Positions 1 to 8,903 of a stretch of DNA of 64,000 nt are shown one piece after another (position 1 is the stretch's first letter; each line of letters begins with the position of its first letter). The DNA comes from Candidatus Heimdallarchaeum aukensis (GTDB lineage: Archaea; Asgardarchaeota; Heimdallarchaeia; Heimdallarchaeales; Heimdallarchaeaceae). The notes beneath the pieces were generated by a model. That model saw only the letters and a list, made by a program, of their open reading frames with translations. It made no database searches and was not told the DNA's origin. The position numbers and the translations under genes are program-made. The stretch is from positions 1,856,001 to 1,920,000 of the forward strand of contig CP084166.1 in the NCBI GenBank assembly GCA_021513695.1, given 5' to 3'.

Positions 1-258
1 AGCCCACGGGCAATTGCAGTTCTTACGGCTTCTGCTTGTCCCATATATCCACCTCCATGGACATTGACTCTTATGTCTATTTTATCACGAATATCCTGCC
101 CAGCGAGCATAAAAATTTCTTCGATTTTTATTCTTTGAAGTTCATTGGGCAATATTTCAAGAGGAATACCATTAATCCTTACTCTACCTTTTCCTTCTTT
201 TATTGTTGCACGAGCAATTGCGGTTTTTCTTTTTCCTGACATTACTACGACTTTAACC
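1..258 (-). CDS. rps9: 30S ribosomal protein S9 (uS9), partial (C-terminus lies outside the window)
   Basis: Reverse-strand translation from the ATG at 258 gives [35 protein letters not shown]..., a typical uS9 N-terminus. It sits directly downstream of L13, as in the conserved L18e-L13-S9 order. Confidence 0.8.
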
Positions 259-273
259 ATAATTATCACCAGC

Positions 274-750
274 TTATTTTCCCCACCCAAACTCTTTACA
301 CAGTTCACCCACAGTAATATACTGACAGGTTAGTTTACTTCCATCTGCATATTTTGGTCTAATAATATCTTCCGCCTTAACATTTTCTGGGATTCCAATA
401 TGTGCCAGTAAGCGATGATAGGCAGATCTACCCTTGGGTTTCTTCATAGGTAACATTCCCCTTACTGTACGTCTAACGATTCTATCAGGTCTCTTTGGAT
501 GAAAAGGACCTCTACGTGGATTTGATAATGTGTGCTTTTTGTGCATGTCTAATGTTTCCTTTAATATAGAAGCTTTCTTTCCAGAAATAATAGCTTTTTC
601 GCAGTTGATGATATCAACTTTATTTCCTTCTAACAGTAATTTAGCAACTTCAGAACTTAGCCTACCAAGAATAGCATTCTCAGCATCTATTATTACTTTT
701 TTCTGTATAATTTTCCTTATTTTTTCCTTCTGTTTCTGCATTTTGCACAC
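274..750 (-). CDS. rpl13: 50S ribosomal protein L13 (uL13)
   Basis: 158-aa ORF with an ...[24 protein letters not shown]... signature of archaeal uL13. Located between L18e and S9. Confidence 0.85.
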   Translation of the reverse strand: MCKMQKQKEKIRKIIQKKVIIDAENAILGRLSSEVAKLLLEGNKVDIINCEKAIISGKKASILKETLDMHKKHTLSNPRRGPFHPKRPDRIVRRTVRGMLPMKKPKGRSAYHRLLAHIGIPENVKAEDIIRPKYADGSKLTCQYITVGELCKEFGWGK

Positions 751-751
751 C

Positions 752-1117
752 TTATACGATTATTTTCACCTTTTTTGGTTCAGGTGGATTCTTTATTAGT
801 TCAGTTAGCGTCATCATTTTACTATTGGAATCAGCGATTTTAGCTTTTGCATTCTCTGAAAAGCGTAGTGCAGCAATAGTAACAGGATGGTCTAACACCC
901 CAGATGATAATACAGAACCAGGAACAACTGCGATTTCGTCTTTACTAACATAACGATTTATTTTACTTAAGTTCACAGCAGCCCTTTGTCTTCTGGGTTT
1001 CTCTAATTTTTCAGCAACTGTCTTCCAAATTTGAACTTTATGTTCAGAAGATAGTTTTTTTAACAAGTTGATTACTTCAATCAGATTTGTATCTGTTGGA
1101 CCAGTTCTTTTTGGCAT
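752..1117 (-). CDS. rpl18e: 50S ribosomal protein L18e
   Basis: 121-aa ORF starting MPKRTGPTDTNLIEVINLLKK, a typical L18e N-terminus. Conserved position downstream of rpoD. Confidence 0.8.
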   Translation of the reverse strand: MPKRTGPTDTNLIEVINLLKKLSSEHKVQIWKTVAEKLEKPRRQRAAVNLSKINRYVSKDEIAVVPGSVLSSGVLDHPVTIAALRFSENAKAKIADSNSKMMTLTELIKNPPEPKKVKIIV

Positions 1118-1135
1118 GATTATCTCACTTTATTC

Positions 1136-1960
1136 TTATTCTTCTTCGCTTGTAGTGATTACTTCTAATTTGTTTTTTAATTCGTCGATTCTAGAGAGAA
1201 GTATCTCTCCAGCTTTTTCCATTAACTTAGATGGTGGCATACCATTGTTAATTTCGAAAGAAAAGATAATTTTAGAAGAATCATGTTTTATTTGAACCGC
1301 ACCAGGTTCGGCAAAATCTGTACAGTAACCACATAAGTTACAGTTAAGTAGATTTTCAACAGTCAATTTCCCGTTTTTTATAGAAAATACATTACGATAG
1401 CATGCATCAGCAACTTTCTTGGGATCTTTAATTTTCTCATGATCAATCTCAATTACGGGGTAAAACTGATATCCCATCGCAGAGACAGGTTGCCATTTAG
1501 CATGGTTTTTTCCCGTACCAAGTTGAGCCATACATTCAAGCTCTAAAGCTTGATTAGGGCCTAACTTTACTATAGGAATTTTACTACTAATGGGTTCTAC
1601 TCCTTCCTGAGAAGAAATAAGATCACCACTGTAAACAATAGCAGGTTCTTGGCTTGTTTCTTTTGAAATTGTTAAAGTTACAGTACAAAGATTGCAACCT
1701 ATTCCATTGCAGTCACACTCATCTCTAAAGTTCAGCTCTAGAGTGTCAGCATCATATTTCAAAGGGATTAAGCCTAATCGTTGAGCTATAAATTCATCGA
1801 AAAGTGGAGAAGTGTTCTTTAACACATATACATCCTCAATAACAAGTGTTGGAACTTCAGCTATTGCTATTCTACGAATAGCATTGGCAAAAGCGATGCT
1901 AGTATCTTCTAATATAAATTTCACAGAATTCGGGAGTAATTCAATTATATCAATGTCCAT
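1136..1960 (-). CDS. rpoD: DNA-directed RNA polymerase subunit D (Rpo3)
   Basis: 274 aa with an ANAIRRI motif and two Cys clusters (CDCNGIGCNLC, CNLCGYC) of the archaeal Rpo3 4Fe-4S domain. It lies upstream of the L18e-L13-S9 genes, as in the conserved order. Confidence 0.85.
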   Translation of the reverse strand: MDIDIIELLPNSVKFILEDTSIAFANAIRRIAIAEVPTLVIEDVYVLKNTSPLFDEFIAQRLGLIPLKYDADTLELNFRDECDCNGIGCNLCTVTLTISKETSQEPAIVYSGDLISSQEGVEPISSKIPIVKLGPNQALELECMAQLGTGKNHAKWQPVSAMGYQFYPVIEIDHEKIKDPKKVADACYRNVFSIKNGKLTVENLLNCNLCGYCTDFAEPGAVQIKHDSSKIIFSFEINNGMPPSKLMEKAGEILLSRIDELKNKLEVITTSEEE

Positions 1961-2287
1961 ATAGTGCCACCTAGTAAAGGTTCATCTATACGAACCCAAT
2001 TATAATTATAAAAAAGGTTTTCCATGATATACTTTTTTACGTAAAGTTTTTCGCACTCTGTCTTACAAGAGAGAAAACTAACTGAAGGGGTTTAATCTCT
2101 TGAAATCAACCCAAGCATACAATACTATAAAGAGGGTTGAGACAGACATCATACACGAATCGTGGGAATCATAAAGAAGAAAAGAACTAAAAACTCTTTT
2201 CTTCACTCCACGAGAGACAAAAAAGAAAGAATGAAGAAACTAACTCTAACACAAAAGGAGAGAATTAGTCCTTTCTTTTTTTGTCTA

Positions 2288-3742
2288 CTAGAACTGCAAC
2301 CAATGGCTGAGTCCTCGGCAAACAGTGAAATGAGTAGAACTGTATTTTTGACCAGTGAGGTAATCAGTAATAGTGTTTCCTCGGGGACGGAAAAGCGTCC
2401 CAAGGAACTTCCGAGCGATATTCATTGCTCCTGTGAGGTCAGAGTGGAAAGTATAACCGCAAGAGGAGCAATGTACTAACCCTCTAACGGGACGGACAAC
2501 TTTCCTTCCACAACGAGCACAGTAAGAAGATGTCCCTTTTTCTCCTATTATTAATATACGGTGAGGTTCAAAACCTCGGAGTATCAATGCTCGACGGAGA
2601 AGAGCAAGAACAAGGTAAAAATTCCACTGGTGAAGTTTTCTACGAAACTTACGAGTACTTTTACCTTTCCCTTTTTCTTTCTCCTCTCGAATGTGTTTAG
2701 GGTAACCTACAACAACGAAAAGGTCATACTTTCGAGCATAGGTCTCTATCGTCTGGACGATGTCGCTTATAAATTGGTGAGTATAAGCTCGTTTAACGTT
2801 TCTATATCTTCTTCGAAGAAGACCGAGAAAACGATAGATTTGATGTTTCTTACCCGACTGGTCGTTTAGAGCCGCTTTCCTCTGAAGACGGGAAAGTTTG
2901 AGTTTATATCGATGATTAACTCTATTCCACTGTTTGGTATGCCATAATTTTATCTCTTTACTTGTTAATTTCTTTTTAGGCGTCAGTAACACTCCTGCAG
3001 CAGGAATGTTTATCCCTATATCTATTCCCAGCACAGCTGGAGGAAGAGAAGAAGAATTTTCTTCTTCAGGAGGATAAAAAGAGGAAGAAAGAACTTTTAA
3101 TTGGAAATATACCCACCACTCACGTGTAGAACGTTTATATCTTAACTCTAGACTTTTTATTCTTCCTTTCTTTAACTCTTTCTGGTGGAAAGTGCTCATC
3201 TCTAAAGGTAACCACAATCTCTGGTGGTAAGGTGTTCCTCTTCTCCATGTATCTAACGAGTCTCTTACCCCCACCCACCAACGAGTGAGAGTATTATCCT
3301 TCTCTTTAGGTAGATGAACTAGAATGAACCTCTTTTTGTTAATTAATTGTCTTCTTGCTCTCTTTATCGGAGGACGAGTAGGACTGGGTCTATACCCTTG
3401 TTCGTATAGTTGCACAGCTATATCTCTACACTCTTGAAACTCATCGTGAGAACAATAAGGGAACATTTTCTTGAAATCGTGAGGAACAGTTTCTCTCCTT
3501 TCCTCTTCTTTAACTTTTGAAGTCGTTAGCGTCAGTTCATCTAGTTTTCCTTTATGTACCCTTATTTCCCCTTTTTTTGTTCTTCTACATACCTTTCTTC
3601 TGTTGTGATGTATTATTCTCACATACTTCTCTATTATTCTTGTGTCTCTTCCTGTTATTCTCCTTAACCTTTCCTTTTTCCTTGTCGTCAATACCTTATT
3701 CTTTACTCTCACTTTCAAGGTTTTGACGACGTCCTCCATCAT
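2288..3742 (-). CDS. tnpB: TnpB-like RNA-guided endonuclease (IS200/IS605 family OrfB); no TnpA partner in the window
   Basis: 484 aa. Basic N-terminus, RuvC-I motif LGIDIGINIPAAGV, CxxC...CxxC zinc finger (CARCGRK...CSSCG) and RuvC-III motif HSDLTGAMNIARK. Local GC (~40-45%) is clearly above the ~30% flanks. Confidence 0.8.
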   Translation of the reverse strand: MMEDVVKTLKVRVKNKVLTTRKKERLRRITGRDTRIIEKYVRIIHHNRRKVCRRTKKGEIRVHKGKLDELTLTTSKVKEEERRETVPHDFKKMFPYCSHDEFQECRDIAVQLYEQGYRPSPTRPPIKRARRQLINKKRFILVHLPKEKDNTLTRWWVGVRDSLDTWRRGTPYHQRLWLPLEMSTFHQKELKKGRIKSLELRYKRSTREWWVYFQLKVLSSSFYPPEEENSSSLPPAVLGIDIGINIPAAGVLLTPKKKLTSKEIKLWHTKQWNRVNHRYKLKLSRLQRKAALNDQSGKKHQIYRFLGLLRRRYRNVKRAYTHQFISDIVQTIETYARKYDLFVVVGYPKHIREEKEKGKGKSTRKFRRKLHQWNFYLVLALLRRALILRGFEPHRILIIGEKGTSSYCARCGRKVVRPVRGLVHCSSCGYTFHSDLTGAMNIARKFLGTLFRPRGNTITDYLTGQKYSSTHFTVCRGLSHWLQF

Positions 3743-3870
3743 TCTTTTTTCCTTCCTTTCCTTTGTTTTCTTTTTTTTCTTCTCCTCTTTTTTCTTCTAT
3801 TTTTTTCACTATAAAAACCCCTCTCCTTCCTCTCCGCTCTTCTCTTTTTTCCTCACTTTGCCGCCAACAA
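3722..3870. repeat. Homopyrimidine (CT-rich) / homopurine low-complexity tract of about 150 bp
   Basis: The + strand is an almost uninterrupted run of T and C (tttttccttcctttcctttgttttctttttttt...) between the tnpB start and the tRNA-Leu gene. Confidence 0.7.
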
Positions 3871-3918
3871 CTGTAAATTAAGTAAAAAAATAGACGCATG
3901 GTTGTTTTTTTCTATAAA

Positions 3919-4022
3919 TGGTGAGGGGAGGGCGATTCGAACGCCCGAACCACTAAGGAACGGATGGCCCATCTTCTTTAAGATCTTGAGTCCGTCGCCG
4001 TTGACCTCTTGGCTATCCCCCC
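3919..4022 (-). tRNA. tRNA-Leu (anticodon CAA) with an anticodon-loop intron of about 19 nt; CCA encoded
   Basis: The reverse complement folds as GGGGGGA acceptor, 3-bp D stem, anticodon stem ACGGA/TCCGT with loop CUCAAGA, an insert TCTTAAAGAAGATGGGCC, a long variable arm, and T arm GGGCG-TTCGAAT-CGCCC. 3' strand TCCCCTC-A-CCA. Confidence 0.75.
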
Positions 4023-4170
4023 ATGTTAGATGAAGGATAAGCTCAAACGAACCTATTTTTCACATATTTTAAATTTTTTTGTAAGATATATTTCAGAATT
4101 TAATTTAAAATTAAATAAAAACATAAAAAAATTTGTTCCTCTAACAAAAGTAAAAAAATATGTTGTTATT

Positions 4171-4614
4171 CTAACGTTGTGGCTTTTGCTTTCTTCCTTC
4201 TACAAGCATTTTAATAGCCGCACCATTCACATGGGTTACTTGCCATTTTACTCCAGGAATATCTCCTTTTGCTCCCTTTTGTGCCCCACCTATAGAACAA
4301 ACAAGAACTTCATCATGTTCCTCAATATAGAGTAATCCTCCGTCGTGAGGAACAAAAGCTCCTATCTGTTTTCCATTCTTTGTTAATCTTACCCTTACAC
4401 ATTTTCTTAAAGCAGAGTTAGGTTGCTTACTTTCTACACCATATTTTTCAACCACAATTCCTCTTGCAGCTGGAGCACCTTCTAATGGATCTGCTTTTTT
4501 ATCTAATCTTAACATTTTTCGTTTATAATAGCTATCTTTCCAACGAAACTTTTTCCTCTTCTGAACTAATTTACGTGCTGCGTATTCTCCTTTTGGACTT
4601 TTCGAACCAGTCAT
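4171..4614 (-). CDS. rps12: 30S ribosomal protein S12 (uS12)
   Basis: ORF with [16 protein letters not shown]... and ...[31 protein letters not shown]..., the hallmark uS12 sequence. The start is placed at the internal Met matching archaeal S12 N-termini. Confidence 0.85.
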   Translation of the reverse strand: MTGSKSPKGEYAARKLVQKRKKFRWKDSYYKRKMLRLDKKADPLEGAPAARGIVVEKYGVESKQPNSALRKCVRVRLTKNGKQIGAFVPHDGGLLYIEEHDEVLVCSIGGAQKGAKGDIPGVKWQVTHVNGAAIKMLVEGRKQKPQR

Positions 4615-4796
4615 TTTATACACCATAGTTTTAATAAGTTTGACTCTACTACGTCTTCCTCTTATGTTTCTTCCTTTTACCTTTCATTAAAAAACTTTTG
4701 ATTTTATACATATTCTTTTTCTTATTGAGAGAAAAAAATATTTCAAAAGTTTATTTCCTCATAATTAATAAATAAAAGAAGGTTAAAAGAAAATTA

Positions 4797-6164
4797 TTAA
4801 TAGGAAGTTATTGAGACATCCTTTTTTGCTTTTTCATAATTTGGTTGAATTTTGTCCCATATTCCTTTTATTTTCTGAACATCATCAGGATGAGCATAAA
4901 CTCGGACTAATGTATACCTTGAATTTCCACTTGCTATGGTGTATATATATTTAGTTGCTATCAACGCTTCGCTAAGTGTAAAAGATTTTCTTCCTGGATG
5001 TATACGGTTGTGTGGATCATAAATGAAAACATTTGAAGCTTGAAACTCATCAGCGCTAATTGTAGAAAGTTTATATGTTGAATCAATTATCATTTTATGT
5101 TTTATTTTGATATTATTTGCTTTGGCATATTCTTTAACTTTTTTAATGAATGATTCGTTTGCAGTCATTTCACATAGTTCTTCTACAGAAACACCTAGAT
5201 TTTCAGAAGTTGTCTCGTCTATTATCTTTTCCCAGACAGCTTTGTGTAGGCGTCGGTTTAGAAAGTCTTTTACATACGCCTTGGCTTTCTTTAGCTCCGG
5301 AGCCTCGCTAGAAAATATTTCCCCTATTAATGTATATTCGTTCAAGTAGGTAAATAACTCAAAATCTTTTGTTCGTTCAATTAAATTAAGAGGTTCTAAT
5401 GACTCTCTTAAAAACGATTGAATTAGAATATCAGCAGCTCTTGCAGCTTTATGGAAATATACACTCTTATATTCAAAAAATCTACCAATTAAAGATGAGT
5501 AGATATCATCTAGAACTTTCCAATTATAATGTATGGCTTCTTCTCCGTCATGTTCATGAATTATGGTATTATTTATTATTCTATTAACATCAATTTCACC
5601 AAAGTGAGTAGTTCCAGCAAATAGAGAATCACGTAACATAAAGTCTAGTCTATCAGCGCCTAAAGCGCCTTGGATCAGAGGATGTAATAAATGACTACGT
5701 CCATCCCAAACTTTAATCAATTCCTCAGGGTCACAAAATTCCTCAATTATAGGCTTGAGTAAATCAGATTTTATCAATTTATTACGATGGACATCATGAC
5801 CATGGGGATGATCAGGATATACTTGTTTATAAACAACGTCATCATATTGATGACTAAATGGTCCATGTCCAATATCGTGGAGTAACCCTGCTAACCTAGC
5901 AAGTTGCACTTTATAGGTCACATCATCATAATCCTTGAACACTTCAGCAGTATATTGACCAGCTAAATGCATAACACCAACACAGTGAGCGAAGCGTGTA
6001 TGAACTGCAGAAGGGTAAACATGACGAACCCCAGATAATTGACTTATCCAGCGCAATCGCTGAAAAACAGGAGTGTCAATTATTTTATTTTCTATCTCGG
6101 TTATTCTTATTTCATCATGAATAGCATCTTTAATTGTACGAGTATATTTTAAATTAGACTGCAT
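4797..6164 (-). CDS. HD-domain dNTP triphosphohydrolase-like protein (dGTPase/SAMHD1 family)
   Basis: 455 aa with TPVFQRLRWISQLSG..HTRFAHCVGV...LLHDIGHGPFSH, the metal-binding motifs of HD-domain dNTPases. Confidence 0.7.
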   Translation of the reverse strand: MQSNLKYTRTIKDAIHDEIRITEIENKIIDTPVFQRLRWISQLSGVRHVYPSAVHTRFAHCVGVMHLAGQYTAEVFKDYDDVTYKVQLARLAGLLHDIGHGPFSHQYDDVVYKQVYPDHPHGHDVHRNKLIKSDLLKPIIEEFCDPEELIKVWDGRSHLLHPLIQGALGADRLDFMLRDSLFAGTTHFGEIDVNRIINNTIIHEHDGEEAIHYNWKVLDDIYSSLIGRFFEYKSVYFHKAARAADILIQSFLRESLEPLNLIERTKDFELFTYLNEYTLIGEIFSSEAPELKKAKAYVKDFLNRRLHKAVWEKIIDETTSENLGVSVEELCEMTANESFIKKVKEYAKANNIKIKHKMIIDSTYKLSTISADEFQASNVFIYDPHNRIHPGRKSFTLSEALIATKYIYTIASGNSRYTLVRVYAHPDDVQKIKGIWDKIQPNYEKAKKDVSITSY

Positions 6165-6256
6165 ATCGATTCCTCTATACTTTACAATAACTTTTTAATA
6201 TTAAATCCTTTTAATCTTTTTGATTTTGGATGATATTTCGACAAAAAAAGAATAAC

Positions 6257-6363
6257 TGGTGGACTGGGCGAGAATTTCGGTCTAGACACCCACAGCGCCA
6301 TATCTCTCGAACTCGCGGCCTCTTCACTGCGAATGAAGCGTTCTTCCTCTGAACTACCAGCCC
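6257..6363 (-). tRNA. tRNA-Ala (anticodon CGC) with a ~32-nt insertion in the T-loop (non-canonical intron); CCA encoded
   Basis: Reverse complement: acceptor GGGCTGG/CCAGTCC with G3:U70, D arm GTTC-AGAGGAA-GAAC, anticodon stem CTTCA/TGAAG with loop TTCGCAG. T stem GCGAG/CTCGC encloses a 39-nt loop (TTCGA...GACCGAAATT), then ACCA. Confidence 0.6.
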
Positions 6364-6556
6364 ACTCTTTCTAAATTTTTCAAGAATAAATTATTTTAAC
6401 ATTTATAACTGCAACTTTTAAGTTTCCACTTATTTTTGTATCTTTTGACATCTACTATTTTTCTTACTTTTTTTGATATTCTTAGTAATAATAATGTATC
6501 ATAATGAATTTTTCATAGCTCTGTCTTAGTTTTAGTAATAAAAATAAAAGTATAGA

Positions 6557-6961
6557 TTATTTAACTCTCATAATTCTCATTTTGCCTAATGCTTTCCAGT
6601 ACTCTACTTCACACCCTTCCGTTATTTCTCCGTCTATTTCTCCTTCTGGGGGTAAACTTGCTTCAAATGTTTCGTATGTTTCCATGTCCATCAATTGTAC
6701 ACTGTCTTCGCTTATTGCTAATACTTGAGCAGTTCTTTTGTCTATTATAGGCGATTGTAATTTTTGGTCTCCAGGTATCGTTATTTCTGTTTTATTTCCA
6801 GTAAAAATGTTTTCTATTTTCATTCTACATTTTGCATGTCCATGTTTTCCTGATTTTGACTTTTCTATATCTCGTACTAGATATACATCTCCATCTTTAA
6901 CTATATAATTTCCTGCTTTTACTTGTCCAGCTTTTATCGGTTGAACATCATATTCACTCAT
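6557..6961 (-). CDS. eif5a: Translation initiation factor 5A (aIF-5A)
   Basis: 134 aa with the hypusine-site motif SKSGKHGHAKCRMKIENIFTGNK. Size and motif are typical of aIF5A. Confidence 0.85.
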   Translation of the reverse strand: MSEYDVQPIKAGQVKAGNYIVKDGDVYLVRDIEKSKSGKHGHAKCRMKIENIFTGNKTEITIPGDQKLQSPIIDKRTAQVLAISEDSVQLMDMETYETFEASLPPEGEIDGEITEGCEVEYWKALGKMRIMRVK

Positions 6962-7100
6962 ACATACTCACATCTTATTTTTGTGTTATTATTAATTGAC
7001 AGTTTAAAAAGATTTACTCGTTATAGAGAATTAGGTATTAAATCACGAGTACTTTGTTCAGCGTAATTCTTTTTTCAGATAAAGTAGGAAAAAAAAGATA

Positions 7101-8564
7101 TTAGAAATTTATAATATTAATAATTTCTTTTCCTTCTTCCAACATCTGTTTGCATTTGTCCACAAGTAAAAATACTTCCTCTTTAAATGAATTTGAGATT
7201 ATTCCTTTTTCAGCTAAATCATTTATAATTTCTGTGTCTTGAACCTCAATTTTATCTGCTTTCTTTATTAAAGAAACACCTAGATCAATATAACGGATAT
7301 ATCCTTCATTATATAGCTCTACTGGAGTTACAATTTTTATGTATTCACCCATTAATTTTTCTTTTCTGTAAACTTTAGTGTGAACAGTCCAACACCCTTC
7401 TTTGATATATGTAACCACATTGTCTCCACTATTAATTGGTTCGTCGATTGCGAAGTGAGACCCTCTTGAAGCTCGGAAACTCCGTTTTATAACCATTGTA
7501 TCATCGTCCCAGTTTAACTGTCCTAGTATTCTATCTAACGGAGATGCAATCAAGCTATATGATTGCTCTTTGATTAATGCATTTTCAGAGAAATCTTTCT
7601 CTAAAATAACCTCCTTAAGTATTCTAGATAATTTATCAGGATCAATATCCTGGGATATTCTTTCTGCGAAAGTAGTTGCTATCTTCAAATTTTCAGAATA
7701 TGACATAAACCAATGATATAAAGGAAATGTTGGAGCAATTATACTTCTTATCTCATCTAGCTTTTGCTTTGCGCCTTGAACAAATAATATGTGAGCCACA
7801 GTTTGACCTGGTTGTAATATTCCAGGTCCATAGGAGGAACCAGAAATTAACAGGTCTAACTCTTCAGATTTCTGGATTAACTTCTGTATCTCAGAGGTCA
7901 AATCCTTATCGCTAATTGATGCTGCACTAGTTCGCATAATTAGCCCATGGCCATGAGGTCTAAGTTTTTTTCCACGCTCAAACAGATTGTCTCTATCATC
8001 TTTTGATAATTTTCTCGAAACTCTAACAAAGCGTGCATCTCGCTCTAGAATAACATGCTGTCCTGGAAAATGAATAATATCTGAACATAAAGGCAGCTGA
8101 TCCCCTAGAACATTCAATTCATTTACTTGAACAACAACTTTTTGCCCTTTTTTATAATTTGCATTAAATAAAATTGCATTTATTTTTTCTCCGATGTCTA
8201 CAATTGAAAGATTTTTCTCGAAATTCACATGTACTATCTCTCCATTGTATATAGCATGTAGTTGTACTGGATGAAGTAAAACGATGGAATTAGGTATTTT
8301 ATCAAAAATGTTTGAAATAATTTCTTCAACATACTCTTCATCACCTTCAATTTTTATCCCGTAACCGCCTAGAATATCAGTTATATCTATGTCGTGGGCA
8401 TTTAGATTCTCACTTATTCCAAAAATTTTACTTTGTTCAGTACTCGGTTGTACCAATTTATATCCTAAATCATCTGATAATAATTTTATAATTGGAACAT
8501 CATAAATACTTCTAACACGAAAAGTTGGTACCATTAAATCACCACTTAAATTTTCTAACGACAC
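7101..8564 (-). CDS. RNase E/G-like RNA-binding protein (FAU-1 family), putative
   Basis: 487 aa. An internal GLIMRTSAASISDKDL resembles the RNase E/G catalytic-domain motif G(L/I)IxRTxA. The size matches archaeal FAU-1. Confidence 0.45.
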   Translation of the reverse strand: MSLENLSGDLMVPTFRVRSIYDVPIIKLLSDDLGYKLVQPSTEQSKIFGISENLNAHDIDITDILGGYGIKIEGDEEYVEEIISNIFDKIPNSIVLLHPVQLHAIYNGEIVHVNFEKNLSIVDIGEKINAILFNANYKKGQKVVVQVNELNVLGDQLPLCSDIIHFPGQHVILERDARFVRVSRKLSKDDRDNLFERGKKLRPHGHGLIMRTSAASISDKDLTSEIQKLIQKSEELDLLISGSSYGPGILQPGQTVAHILFVQGAKQKLDEIRSIIAPTFPLYHWFMSYSENLKIATTFAERISQDIDPDKLSRILKEVILEKDFSENALIKEQSYSLIASPLDRILGQLNWDDDTMVIKRSFRASRGSHFAIDEPINSGDNVVTYIKEGCWTVHTKVYRKEKLMGEYIKIVTPVELYNEGYIRYIDLGVSLIKKADKIEVQDTEIINDLAEKGIISNSFKEEVFLLVDKCKQMLEEGKEIINIINF

Positions 8565-8656
8565 AAACGATTAAGCATGTCCGAATAAAAGTTTATGCTT
8601 TTGAAACGAGTAGAAAACATTTGAGTCTTCTTGAAAGAAATAGAGGATTAAAGAGA

Positions 8657-8762
8657 AAGCCAAATAGTGGAGCCAGGACGGGGATTTGAACCCCGGAGGC
8701 ATAAGCCAGCGGTTATCTCTCTGATGTTTCGAGACCGCCTCCGTACCACTAGGATATCCTGG
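8657..8762 (-). tRNA. tRNA-Ser (anticodon CGA) with an anticodon-loop intron of about 13 nt
   Basis: Reverse complement: GCCAGGA acceptor, 3-bp D stem, anticodon stem GCGGT/ACCGC with loop CTCGAAA plus a CATCAGAGAGATA insert, a long variable arm, and T arm CGGGG-TTCAAAT-CCCCG. 3' strand TCCTGGC-T-CCA. Confidence 0.65.
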
Positions 8763-8903
8763 CAAAGGAAAAGTTCATTGTCTTGATTTTCATTGAAGTC
8801 AATATTTTAAGATTTCTACCTTGTTCACTTTTTAATTGATATAAGTACATTTGTGTTTCTTGATATTTTCGAACAAACAAAGATATGGTTAAAAAAAGAA
8901 AAG

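Noticed and set aside
2162-2479. ORFs 2162..2479 (+) and 2203..2403 (-) downstream of tnpB
   Set aside because: They overlap the tnpB 3' end and the expected omega-RNA region. No protein similarity. More likely noncoding element sequence.
3722-3870. Possible CRISPR array or other interspersed repeat in the CT-rich tract
   Set aside because: No regularly spaced direct repeats with unique spacers. It is simple low-complexity polypyrimidine sequence. No cas genes in the window.
3517-3899. Small ORFs 3517..3726, 3642..3881 (+) and 3696..3899 (-) with repetitive Lys/Glu/Arg or Phe/Leu/Ser products
   Set aside because: They are artefacts of translating the homopyrimidine/homopurine tract and the tnpB 5' region in other frames.
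8571-8765. 64-aa ORF overlapping tRNA-Ser, and similarly 34903..35142 overlapping the tRNA-Glu region
   Set aside because: These ORFs read through structured tRNA sequence, have no start context, and no similarity to anything. The tRNA interpretation explains the sequence.
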